Below, piece by piece: positions 1 through 12,300 of a stretch of 64,000 bases of DNA (its first letter is position 1; every line of letters begins with the position of its first letter). The translations under genes and the position numbers were made by a program. This DNA is from Bispira polyomma. Its lineage: Eukaryota. The stretch is from NCBI GenBank assembly GCA_965649765.1, contig OZ287759.1, positions 23,374,001 to 23,438,000 on the forward strand. The letters run 5' to 3'. Below the pieces are notes generated by a model. It was given only the letters and a program-made list of their open reading frames with translations. It was not told where the DNA came from and searched no databases.

Positions 1-215
1 TTAACCAATAAGGTAGTCCAAAAAGCATAGCAATGGTTGTAAGGAAGGATGTGATGGTGTACAGGGATGGAATTAAGGGGGTAAGTGAGTTCAAATAGAT
101 AAGCTTTTCCTTAACCCAGAAAGTGTTTCCAGTGATCTAAGCTCAACAGGGAGACTATCTTATAACATTAGGGCAGCAATTGAGAAAGCTCTAGAACCAG
201 CCTGCTTGGTAGGTT
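1..215 (-). mobile_element. L2/CR1-like LINE 3' fragment (representative copy; one lies behind the donor of 24 of the 28 array exons)
   Basis: Minus strand reads ...[34 protein letters not shown]..., matching the GxRAFSVAAPxLWNSLP...LKTYLF C-terminus of L2/CR1-group ORF2. Confidence 0.75.
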
Positions 216-239
216 TTTATTAAGTTTATTTGTACTTAC

Positions 240-344
240 TGACACACTCAGCTCCTGTGGAACTGGGTACTTTGCCACTGCCACAAGCCGTACAGGTCTC
301 AAAGTCATCACATACGGTACAGTCTTCCATGGCAGTGCCACAGG
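240..344 (-). CDS. Repeat exon type [35 protein letters not shown] (last exon in window)
   Basis: 105 bp, ag...gtaagt. Downstream intron matches the ones at 6960-7200 and 19160-19398, so the array continues beyond the edge. Confidence 0.88.
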
Positions 345-3300
345 CTTTTAAAACAAAAATTATACATAGAGTCCTGACAATATATTAATGGTAAATGTAT
401 TACATGAAATGCTTGCAACTAATATAACATCAACAACAAAAAATCAGCATCACCTCTTTAGGTTGTATATTCATGTTTTGACATGGATATAGTTGACAGT
501 GTAATAACACTAATGTTAAAACTTCTTCAGTGGTATGATGTTCCCCGGTAGTGCAAATTGTGATCGAAGTCTAAAACAAGGTGCAGTAGTACAGTATGAC
601 TGAAATAGAAAATTTATACTCAATCTATAAAAACCTATGAACATTCAGCGGAGATATTTAGAGGCTACTGTGACTTTAAATTATCTGGAACTAGTAAGTC
701 AGTCTGGTGAAAGTGGAGAGAATATTTTATCTTAATAGATTGCTAAGAGATATCATACAAAGTAAAATTGTTGGTAAATATGAATAGCCGTAAACTTAAG
801 GACAATTAATTTAAATGTAATACAGAATTTGATCATTAGCCATTGGAGGTGTTGAATAAGAGGGGTTATATGAGAGCATGCTTTTGATTTACTTCAGTTT
901 TTTATCTCTTCCTGTCCAATACCATACAGTTGAAAACTGCAATGAGCAAGACACCTTGCAACCAAGGCATTTGCAACAGCAATAAAATTTTCAAATGTGA
1001 GATGGCGATATGTTTTTATAATAGCAGCTTAACAGAAAAATGATAAAAACATGGAGATTGAAAGTGTCTCCCAGATTGTAACATCATTGGCACAAAAATA
1101 CAATTGCAAAGGTTATTTATCTGAAAAATATTTATGTCATTTTCCTCTGTGCTTTCAAAAAGTAGTTTTTCTCTTGATTGAACTTTAATTTCCTAATTTT
1201 TCGATTTCCTAATTTTTCGTTTTCTTATTTCTTAGGTAGTTCAGCTAATTAGCTTGTTTCATTCATATCGATCTGCTAATGCTATTTTTATATTGTATTT
1301 CACATTTTTAATGTGTTTTTTTGATGTGAGACATCCAGTGAAGCCGAACAACAAAATCAATAACCCAATAGAGAAGTAAAAAAAGCATAGCGAAGTTCGT
1401 AATGAAGGATGTGGGGGTGCCAAGGGGGGAAATTTAGGGGATTAATGAGTTTGAAGAGATAAATTTTAAGTGATTTCCTGAACCAAAAAAATGTTTATTG
1501 TAATCTAAACTAAACAGGGAGACTATTCCATAACATAAAGGGTAGCAATTAAGAAAGGTCTGGATCCTGTCCTTGTGGTAGATTTCTATTAAGTTTATTT
1601 GTACTTACTAACACACATGTCTCCTGTAGAACTGGGTACTTTGCTGTCGCTACAAGCCGTACAGGTCTCAAAGTCATCACATGCGGCACAGTCTTCCATT
1701 GCAGTGCCACAGGCTTTTAAAACAAAAAATATACATAGAGTCCTATCAATTTATTAATTGTAAATGTATTACATGAAATGCTTGCCAGTAATATGACATC
1801 AACAACAAAAAATCAGCATCACTTCTTTAGGTTGTATATTCATGTTTTGACATGGATATACTTGACAGTGTAATAACATTACTGTTAAAAGTTCTTCAGT
1901 GTTATGATGTCACCCAGTAATGCCAATTGTGATTAAAGTCTAAAACAAGGTGCAGTAGTACATTATGACTGGAAAACAAACTTTTGTACTTAATCTATAA
2001 CAAGAGGAAAGTGACCTTGCGGTCACAAATCTCGGAGACATGTATCTTTTTCTCAAGCTGTCTACCTAAAAGTATACTAATATTATCTGTCAATGTATAA
2101 GTTACAACCAAAAAAAATCTGTCTACCGGTCTACCTATAACCTAAAATACAATTGTCAATATATAAGTTACGAAAAAGGAAATTATTTGACAACCTTTGA
2201 CAAGTTAAAAAAATTTTTTTTTTTAATTTTTTGATTGAAGGTAATTTTTTATGGTTTAGGGTTTAGGGGAGTTAGCCATCATTCTTTAGCCTATGTATCT
2301 CTTACACTTAAAGTTAGGGTTTAGGTTTAGGGCTTAGGGGAGTTAGTCATGATTCTTTAGCCTAAATATCTGTTACACATAAAGTTAGATATAGTCCCCT
2401 AACCCCTTAAGCCTAAAATAATTTCGACCTGACAGCTTATGTTTCTTAAATAATTAAAAAATTAGTCTACCTGTCGACCTAACTATATTATTATACAGCT
2501 AGTCCATAATTTAAGGATAAGACCCTGACATACCACAGAATACATGCAATATAAAAAAAACCCATGGCTACATTGTTCACACTTACTAATACAAGAAGTG
2601 TTAAAAACAGTATGAACTTACTAACACATTCCGCTCCTGTAGAACTTGTTACTTTACTACTGTCACAAGCTGTACAGGTTTGGTGGTTAGTGCAGAATTA
2701 ATAAGCCAATAGAGAAGTCTAAAAAGCATTGCGAAGGTTGTAAAGAAGGACAGGGGAGCGTACAAGGAGGAAATTAAAGGGGTAAGTGAGGTTAAAGAGA
2801 TAAGTTTTGCTTTTTCCTCAACCCAGAAAGTGTTTCTAGTAATTTGAGCTCAACAGGCAGACTCTTCCATAACATAAGGGCAACAATTTAGAAAGATCTA
2901 GATTCAGCTCTGTTGGTATGTTTTTATTTAGTTTAAATGTACTTACTGACACACTCGGCTCTTGTAGAACTGGGTACTTTGCTGCTGTCACAAGCCGTAC
3001 AGGTGTTGTAGTCAGTGCACATGTTACAGTCTGTCATTGCACTGGCACAGGCTGTGACATAAATAGGCAACACAAAACTATCATGATTAGTATTACTGAA
3101 ACGTTTAATTCATAGCATCCTGTTGATATATCATCCTCAAAGCTACTCATTTTCTGAAAAAGATAGTCCTGCAACAAAACTTTGGTTGTCATTAGTACAC
3201 AATTCATTTAATTTACTTTAATTTTCACCCTTGTATACATGTAGTTAATTATATATTTTAGACTTTAATTAGACTTTAATTTGCAGGATAATTTTCCAAT

Positions 3301-6300
3301 TTGTTTTAATTAAATTTTTTTTTTACAAAAATTATATTGTTGTTTTAAATCATAGTTACAGTGTTGATGCCTTGACAGATATTATCCCTGATACTGACAT
3401 TAGCCTTCAACTGGCATTTAACCTTGACCTGACACCGCTTGACCTGACATTAGAATTGGCTTGTTATTAGACTCGGCTTAATATATACCTTGACCTGGCA
3501 TACACTTATACACTTGACATTAACCTTGACCTGACATCCTTGACCTGACATTAGACTTGGCCTGGCATTATATTTGAGACATTAACCTTCACCTGACATT
3601 AACCTTGACCTAACATCCTTCACCTGACATTAGACTTGACCTGACATCCTTGACCTGACATTAGATTTGACATAGCATTATATTTGAGACATTAACCTTG
3701 ACCTGACATTAGATTTGACCAGACGTTAGACTTAACTTGATATACACCTTGACCTGGCATTATACTTGGCATTAGATTTGACCTTTAAACTTGACTTCAG
3801 TATTTTATACAATTATTAGCGGTCCAATGTTTATACCTGCTGTGACATAAAAGACAAACACAACTTTTCTAATAAACTGAAAAATGGTACCATCATCATA
3901 TATATTACATGTACTTACTTGTTTTCACTGAAGTTTAGGGAAACCTCTATCACTTGTCTTGAGAGTCGTAATCTATGCACTGTTCAATAAGTAATTTCAA
4001 TGCAATCATATAGATAAGCTGACAAAATATTTTTATGCTTGTAAATGTAGATAGCATTTTAACAGCGTCTCCATGGCACTCATCTTGATTCCAGGACTTA
4101 GCTGACAGTTATTGCCATCTCTGGCTTGACATTGACAACAAGAATGTTGAAGCTACTTAGTCATTGTAGAATTGTAATTTGGAAACTTAGGTATCAGACA
4201 GCTGACTTTGTTCTGATGGATCCCTCAAAATAAAGATTTACCCCAACAAGGGACGAATTAGATACAATTTTAATAAGAAGTGTTAAAAACAGTATGAACT
4301 TACTAACACATTCCGCTCCTGTAGAACTGGGTACTTTACTGCTGTCACAAGCTGTACAGGTTTGGTAGTCACTACACGTGTTACAGTCTGTCATCACACT
4401 GTCACATGCTTTAACAAACACAAGATATGTCTTCATATATGTCAAAATCTACTAAATCTAGGTACAATTTCATAATATGACTTTCATTTTCTAATATCTT
4501 AGGTAGTCCAGCGAACAAGATTGCTTCATATATATTAATTAACTGCTTTTGTATATTATATTTTGTATTATTAATATACCATATTGATGCGAGACATCTT
4601 CTATAGTGCAATAACAGAATCAATTAACTAATAAAGAAGTCCTAAAAGCATAGTAAAACTTGTAAAGAAGGATATGGTGTACAGAGAGCAAATTAAGGGG
4701 GTAAGTGAGTTTGAAGAGATACGTTTAAAGTTTTTTCCTAAACCCAGAAAGTGTTTCTAGTGATCTAAGCTCAACAGGGAGCCTATTCCCTATCATAAGG
4801 GCAGCAATTGAGAAAGATATCGATCCAGAATTCTAGGTAGGTTTCTCTTTAGTCGATTTGTACTTACTGACACACTCGGCTCCTGTAGAGCTGGGTACTT
4901 TGCTGCTGTCACAAGCCGTACAGGTGTCAAAGTCATCACACGTGTTACAGTCTGTCATCACACTGGCACAGGCTTTAACAAACACAAGATATGTATTCAT
5001 ATATGTCAAAATCTACTAAATCTAGGTACAATTTCATAATATGACTTTCATTTTCTAATATCTTAGGTAGTCCAGCGAACAAGATTGCTTCATATATAAT
5101 AATTAACTGCTTTTGTATATTATATTTTGCATTATTAATATACCTTACTGATGCGAGACATCTTCTATAGCGCAATAACAGAATCAATTAACTAATAAAG
5201 AAGTCCTAAAAGCATAGTGAAACTTGTAAAGAAGGATATGGTGTACAGAGAGCAAATTAAGGGGGTAAGTGAGTTTGAAGAGATACGTTTAAAGTTTTTT
5301 CCTAAACCTAGAAAGTGTTTCTAGTGATCTAAGCTCAACAGGGAGTCTATTCTCTATCATAAGGGCACCAATTGAGAAAGATATCGATCCAGAATTCTAG
5401 GTAGGTTTCTCTTTAGTCGATTTGTACTTACTGACACACTCGGCTCCTGTAGAGCTGGGTACTTTGCTGCTGTCACAAGCCGTACAGGTGTCAAAGTTAT
5501 CACACGTGTTACAGTCTGTCATCACACTGGCACAGGCTTTAACAAACACAAGATATAACGTCATATATGTCATAGCCTAGGTACATATTTAAAAAAACAT
5601 TTTTAAACTTAAAATTTCTAATTTCTTAGGTAGCTCAGTCAAAAGGCTTGCTTTATACATATTAATCAGGAAATGCTATTTTTAGAATTTTTTTTGTATT
5701 TTGTTTTAAATATATCTTATTGATGTGAGGCATCTTCTAAAGTGCAAAATCACAATCACTTAACCAATAAAGAAGTTCAAAGAGCATAGCAAACATTGTA
5801 AATGAGGATGTTGTGGTGTACAGGGAGGTAATTAAAGGGGTAAGTGACTTTAAAGAGGTAAGGTTTAAGTTTTTCCTGAACCCAGTAAGTACAGGGGGGG
5901 ACAGCAATTCGTGGTGGACAGCATTTCACTATAAATGTGGTTATTACACCTAATCACTGTATAATATTCATTTTAAAGGAATTATTTTCGCATTATAAGA
6001 TTTATATAACATACACATGCCTACACCACAAATATATAGAATACTGTCTGCCTAAATAAATTTTAAATGAATTTAAAGTACCAACACAGCTAAATAAACA
6101 GTAGTACTGCACAAAATTTGAGGTTGATGATTAGACAGTACTAATGATTGGCTATTGGGCTGTATTAGGGTTTCTTTTCTGTTTCTCATATTATGTATCG
6201 TGTACATAAACTATTTCATAATATAATTATTATTGTTAATAAAAGTTATACGTAATATTTTAATCTAAATATTTACTATTGTTTGAAAATGGCGAAATGC

Positions 6301-9300
6301 TGTCCACTTCTAATCTATATTAACCTAGTGACTTTACTTTCTAACTTCTGGTTAAAATTCATCGGAAGTACCTTAATGTATCTAGATACGAGTCAGATTT
6401 ATATGCAATGGAATGACCTCCACAAATTACCAGTTAATTGCCTCAACATTATTTCCTTTTGCTCATATTTGTTAAATTTCCGTGAATTTCAAGCGAATCG
6501 CTATCCCCCCTTGTATTTCCAGTGATCTAATCTCAACAGGAAGACTATTTCATAACATAAGGCAGCAATTGAGAAAGGTCTAGATCCAGCACACCTGGTA
6601 TGTTTTTATTTAGTTTATTTAATTTAGTACTTACTGACACACTCTGCGCCTGTAGAACTGGGTACTTTGCTGCTGTCACAAACCGTACAGGTCTCAAAGT
6701 CATCACATGTGTTACAGTCTGTCATCACACTGGCACAGGCTTTAACAAACACAAGATATAACTTCATATATGCCATTGTCCAGGTACATATTCACAGACA
6801 TTTTAAGACTTTCATTTTATAATTCCATATATACGTAGTTCAGGCAAAAAGCTTACTTCATGCATATTAATCAGCCAATGTTATTTTTGCAATTTTTGTA
6901 TTTTGTTTTAAACATACCTTATTATTGCAAGGCATCATTTAAAATGCAACATCACAATCAATTAACCAATAGGGTAGTCCAAAAAGCATAGCAATGGTTT
7001 TAAGGAAGGATGTGATGGTGTACAGGGATGGAATTAAGGGGTTAAGTGAGTTCAAATAGATAAGCTTTTCCTTAACCCAGAAAGTGTTTCCAGTGATCTA
7101 AGCTCAACAGGGAGACTATCTTATAACATTAGGGCAGCAATTGAGAAAGCTCTAGAACCAGCCTGCTTGGTAGGTTTTTATTAAGTTTATTTGTACTTAC
7201 TGACACACTCAGCTCCTGTGGAACTGGGTACTTTGCCACTGCCACAAGCCGTACAGGTCTCAAAGTCATCACATGTGTTACAGTCTGTCATAACACTGGC
7301 ACAGGCTTTAACAAACACAAGATATAACTTCATATATGCCATTGTCCAGGTACATATTCACAGACATTTTAAGACTTTCATTTTATAATTCCATATATAT
7401 GTAGTTCAGCCAAAAAGCTTACTTCATGCATATTAATCAGCCAATGTTATTTTTGCAATTTTTGTATTTTGTTTTAAACATACCTTATTATTGCAAGGCA
7501 TCATTTAAAGTGCAACATCACAATCAATTAACCAATAGGGTAGTCCAAAAAGCATAGCAATGGTTTTAAGGAAGGATGTGATGGTGTACAGGGATGGAAT
7601 TAAGGGGTTAAGTGAGTTTAAATAGATAAGCTTTTCCTTAACCCAGAAAGTGTTTCCAGTGATCTAAGCTCAACAGAGAGACTATCTTATAACATTATTA
7701 GGGCAGCAATTGAGAAAGCTCTAGAACCAGCCTGCTTGGTAGGTTTTTATTAAGTTTATTTGTACTTACTAACACACATGTCTCCTGTAGAACTGGGTAC
7801 TTTGCTGTTGTCACAAGCCGTACAGGTGTTGTAGTCAGTGCACATGTTACAGTCTGTCATTGCACTGGCACAGGCTGTGACATAAATAGGCAACACAAAA
7901 CTATCATGATTAGTATTACTGAAACATTTAATTCATAGCATCCTGTTGATATATCATCCTCAAAGCTACTCATTTTCTGAAAAAGATAGTCCTGCAACAA
8001 AACTTTGGTTGTCATTAGTACACAATTCATTTAATTTACTTTAATTTTCACTCTTGTATACATGTAGTTAATTATATATTTTAGACTTTAATTAGACTTT
8101 AATTTGCAGGATAATTTTCCAATTTGTTTTAATTAAATTTTTTTTTTACAAAAATTATATTGTTGTTTTAAATCATAGTTACAGTGTTGATGCCTTGACA
8201 CTGATATTATCCCTGACACTGACATTAGCCTTCAACTGGCATTTAACCTTGACCTGACACCGCTTGACCTGACATTAGAATTGGCTTGTTATTAGACTCG
8301 GCTTAATATATACCTTGACCTGGCATACACTTATACACTTGACATTAACCTTGACCTGACATCCTTGACCTGACATTAGACTTGACCTGACATTATATTT
8401 GAGACATTAACCGTGACCTGACATTAACCTTGACCTAACATCCTTCACCTGACATTAGACTTGACCTGACATCCTTGACCTGACATTAGATTTGACATGG
8501 CATTATATTTGAGACATTAACCTTCATCTGACATTAACCTTGACCTAACATCCTTCACCTAACATTAGACTTAACCTGACATCCTTGACCTGACATTAGA
8601 TTTGACATGGCATTATATTTGAGACATTAACCTTGACCTGACATTAGATTTGACCAGACGTTAGACTTAACTTGATATACACCTTGACCTGGCATTATAC
8701 TTGGCATTAGATTTGACCTTTAAACTTGACTTCAGTATTTTATACAATTATTAGCGGTCCAATGTTTATACCTGCTGTGACATAAAAGACAAACACAACT
8801 TTTCTAATAAACTGAAAAATGGTACCATCATCATATATATTACATGTACTTACTTGTTTTCACTGAAGTTTAGGAAAACCTCTATCACTTGTCTTGAGAG
8901 TCGTAATCTATGCACTGTTCAATAAGTAATTTCAATGCAATCATATAGATAAGCTGACAAAATATTTTTATGCTTGTAAATGTAGATAGCATTTTAACAG
9001 CGTCTCCATGGCACTCATCTTGATTCCAGGACTTAGCTGACAGTTATTGCCATCTCTGGCTTGACATTGACAACAAGAATGTTGAAGCTACTTAGTCATT
9101 GTAGAATTGTAATTTGGAAACTTAGGTATCAGACAGCTGACTTTGTTCTGATGGATCCCTCAAAATAAAGATTTACCCCAACAAGGGATGAATTAGATAC
9201 AATTTTAATAAGAAGTGTTAAAAACAGTATGAACTTACTAACACATTCCGCTCCTGTAGAACTGGGTACTTTACTGCTGTCACAAGCTGTACAGGTTTGG

Positions 9301-12300
9301 TAGTCACTACACGTGTTACAGTCTGTCATCACACTGTCACATGCTTTAACAAACACAAGATATGTCTTCATACATGTCAAAATCTACTAAATCTAGGTAC
9401 AATTTCATAATATGACTTTCATTTTCTAATATCTTAGGTAGTCCAGCGAACAAGATTGCTTCATATATATTAATTAACTGCTTTTGTATATTATATTTTG
9501 TATTATTAATATACCATATTGATGCGAGACATCTTCTATAGTGCAATAACAGAATCAATTAACCAATAAAGAAGTCCAAAAAGCATAGTGAAACTTGTAA
9601 AGAAGGATATGGTGTACAGAGAGCAAATTAAGGGGGTAAGTGAGTTTGAAGAGATACGTTTAAAGTTTTTTCCTAAACCCAGAAAGTGTTTCTAGTGATC
9701 TAACCCCAACAGGGAGTCTATTCCATATCATAAGGGCACCAATTGAGAAAGATATCGATCCAGAATTCTAGGTAGGTTTCTCTTTAGTCGATTTGTACTT
9801 ACTGACACACTCGGCTCCTGTAGAGCTGGGTACTTTGCTGCTGTCACAAGCCGTACAGGTGTCAAAGTCATCACACGTGTTACAGTCTGTCATCACACTG
9901 GCACAGGCTTTAACAAACACAAGATATGTATTCATATATGTCAAAATCTACTAAATCTAGGCACAATTTCATAATATAACTTTCATTTTCTAATATCTTA
10001 GGTAGTCCAGCGAACAAGATTGCTTCATATATAATAATTAACTGCTTTTGTATATTATATTTTGCATTATTAATATACCTTATTGATGCGAGACATCTTC
10101 TATAGCGCAATAACAGAATCAATTAACTAATAAAGAAGTCCTAAAAGCATAGTGAAACTTGTAAAGAAGGATATGGTGTACAGAGAGCAAATTAAGGGGG
10201 TAAGTGAGTTTGAAGAGATACGTTTAAAGTTTTTTCCTAAACCCAGAAAGTGTTTCTAGTGATCTAAGCTCAACAGGGAGTCTATTCCCTATCATAAGGG
10301 CACCAATTGAGAAAGATATCGATCCAGAATTCTAGGTAGGTTTCTCTTTAGTCGATTTGTACTTACTGACACACTCGGCTCCTGTAGAGCTGGGTACTTT
10401 GCTGCTGTCACAAGCCGTACAGGTGTCAAAGTCATCACACGTGTTACAGTCTGTCATCACACTGGCACAGGCTTTAACAAACACAAGATATGTATTCATA
10501 TATGTCAAAATCTACTAAATCTAGGTACAATTTCATAATATAACTTTCATTTTCTAATATCTTAGGTAGTCCAGCGAACAAGATTGCTTCATATATAATA
10601 ATTAACTGCTTTTGTATATTATATTTTGCATTATTAATATACCTTATTGATGCGAGACATCTTCTATAGCGCAATAACAGAATCAATTAACTAATAAAGA
10701 AGTCCTAAAAGCATAGTGAAACTTGTAAAGAAGGATATGGTGTACAGAGAGCAAATTAAGGGGGTAAGTGAGTTTGAAGAGATACGTTTAAAGTTTTTTC
10801 CTAAACCCAGAAAGTGTTTCTAGTGATCTAAGCTCAACAGGGAGTCTATTCCCTATCATAAGGGCACCAATTGAGAAAGATATCGATCCAGAATTCTAGG
10901 TAGGTTTCTCTTTAGTCGATTTGTACTTACTGACACACTCGGCTCCTGTAGAGCTGGGTACTTTGCTGCTGTCACAAGCCGTACAGGTGTCAAAGTCATC
11001 ACACGTGTTACAGTCTGTCATCACACTGTCACAGGCTTTAACAAACACAAGATATGTATTCATATATGTCAAAATCTACTAAATCTAGGTACAATTTCAT
11101 AATATGACTTTCATTTTCTAATATCTTAGGTAGTCCAGCGAACAAGATTGCTTCATATATAATAATTAACTGCTTTTGTATATTATATTTTGCAATATTA
11201 ATATACCTTATTGATGCGAGACATCTTCTATAGCGCAATAACAGAATCAATTAACTAATAAAGAAGTCCTAAAAGCATAGTGAAACTTGTAAAGAAGGAT
11301 ATGGTGTACAGAGAGCAAATTAAGGGGGTAAGTGAGTTTGAAGAGATACGTTTAAAGTTTTTTCCTAAACCTAGAAAGTGTTTCTAGTGATCTAACCCCA
11401 ACAGGGAGTCTATTCCCTATCATAAGGGCATCAATTGAGAAAGATATCGATCCAGAATTCTAGGTAGGTTTCTCTTTAGTCGATTTGTACTTACTGACAC
11501 ACTCGGCTCCTGTAGAGCTGGGTACTTTGCTGCTGTCACAAGCCGTACAGGTGTCAAAGTCATCACACGTGTTACAGTCTGTCATCACACTGGCACAGGC
11601 TTTAACAAACACAAGATATAACGTCATATATGTCATAGCCTAGGTACATATTTAAACAAACATTTTTAAACTTGAAATTTCTAATTTCTTAGGTAGCTCA
11701 GTCAAAAGGCTTGCTTTATACATATTAATCAGGAAATGCTATTTTTAGAATTTTTTTTGTATTTTGTTTTAAATATATCTTATTGATGTGAGGCATCTTC
11801 TAAAGTGCAAAATCACAATCACTTAACCAATAAAGAAGTTCAAAGAGCATAGCAAACATTGTAAATGAGGATGTTGTGGTGTACAGGGAGGTAATTAAAG
11901 GGGTAAGTGACTTTAAAGAGGTAAGGTTTAAGTTTTTCCTGAACCCAGTAAGTACAGGGGGGGACAGCAATTCGTGGTGGACAGCATTTCACTATAAATG
12001 TGGTTATTACACCTAATCACTGTATAATATTCATTTTAAAGGAATTATTTTCGCATTATAAGATTTATATAACATACACATGCCTACACCACAAATATAT
12101 AGAATACTGTCTGCCTAAATAAATTTTAAATGAATTTAAAGTACCAACACAGCTAAATAAACAGTAGTACTGCACAAAATTTGAGGTTGATGATTAGACA
12201 GTACTAATGATTGGCTATTGGGCTGTATTAGGGTTTCTTTTCTGTTTCTCATATTATGTATCGTGTACATAAACTATTTCATAATATAATTATTATTGTT

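Noticed and set aside
2254-2340. True telomere or chromosome-fusion site
   Set aside because: Only a few degenerate units, inside a duplicated intronic insertion.
2918-3115. Plus-strand ORFs over repeat exons (also 7191, 15035, 20784, 22065, 30061, 31523)
   Set aside because: Antisense shadows of minus-strand exons; the splice signals exist only on the minus strand.
4194-4445. 83-aa ORF (and copies) as stand-alone metallothionein-like genes or isoforms with a hydrophobic tail [12 protein letters not shown]
   Set aside because: It is an F-type exon read through into both introns. The hydrophobic run is short and expected from T-rich intron sequence.
4411-5187. Repeated 70-aa MILLL... ORFs
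   Set aside because: Intronic LINE 3' UTR plus spacer. Recurrence reflects recent duplication, and the frame is not kept in other intron types.
6283-6525. Repeated 80-aa MKMAKCC ORF as a transposase
   Set aside because: Lies within a 622-bp non-autonomous MITE, has no DDE or HTH motif and runs past the TIR.
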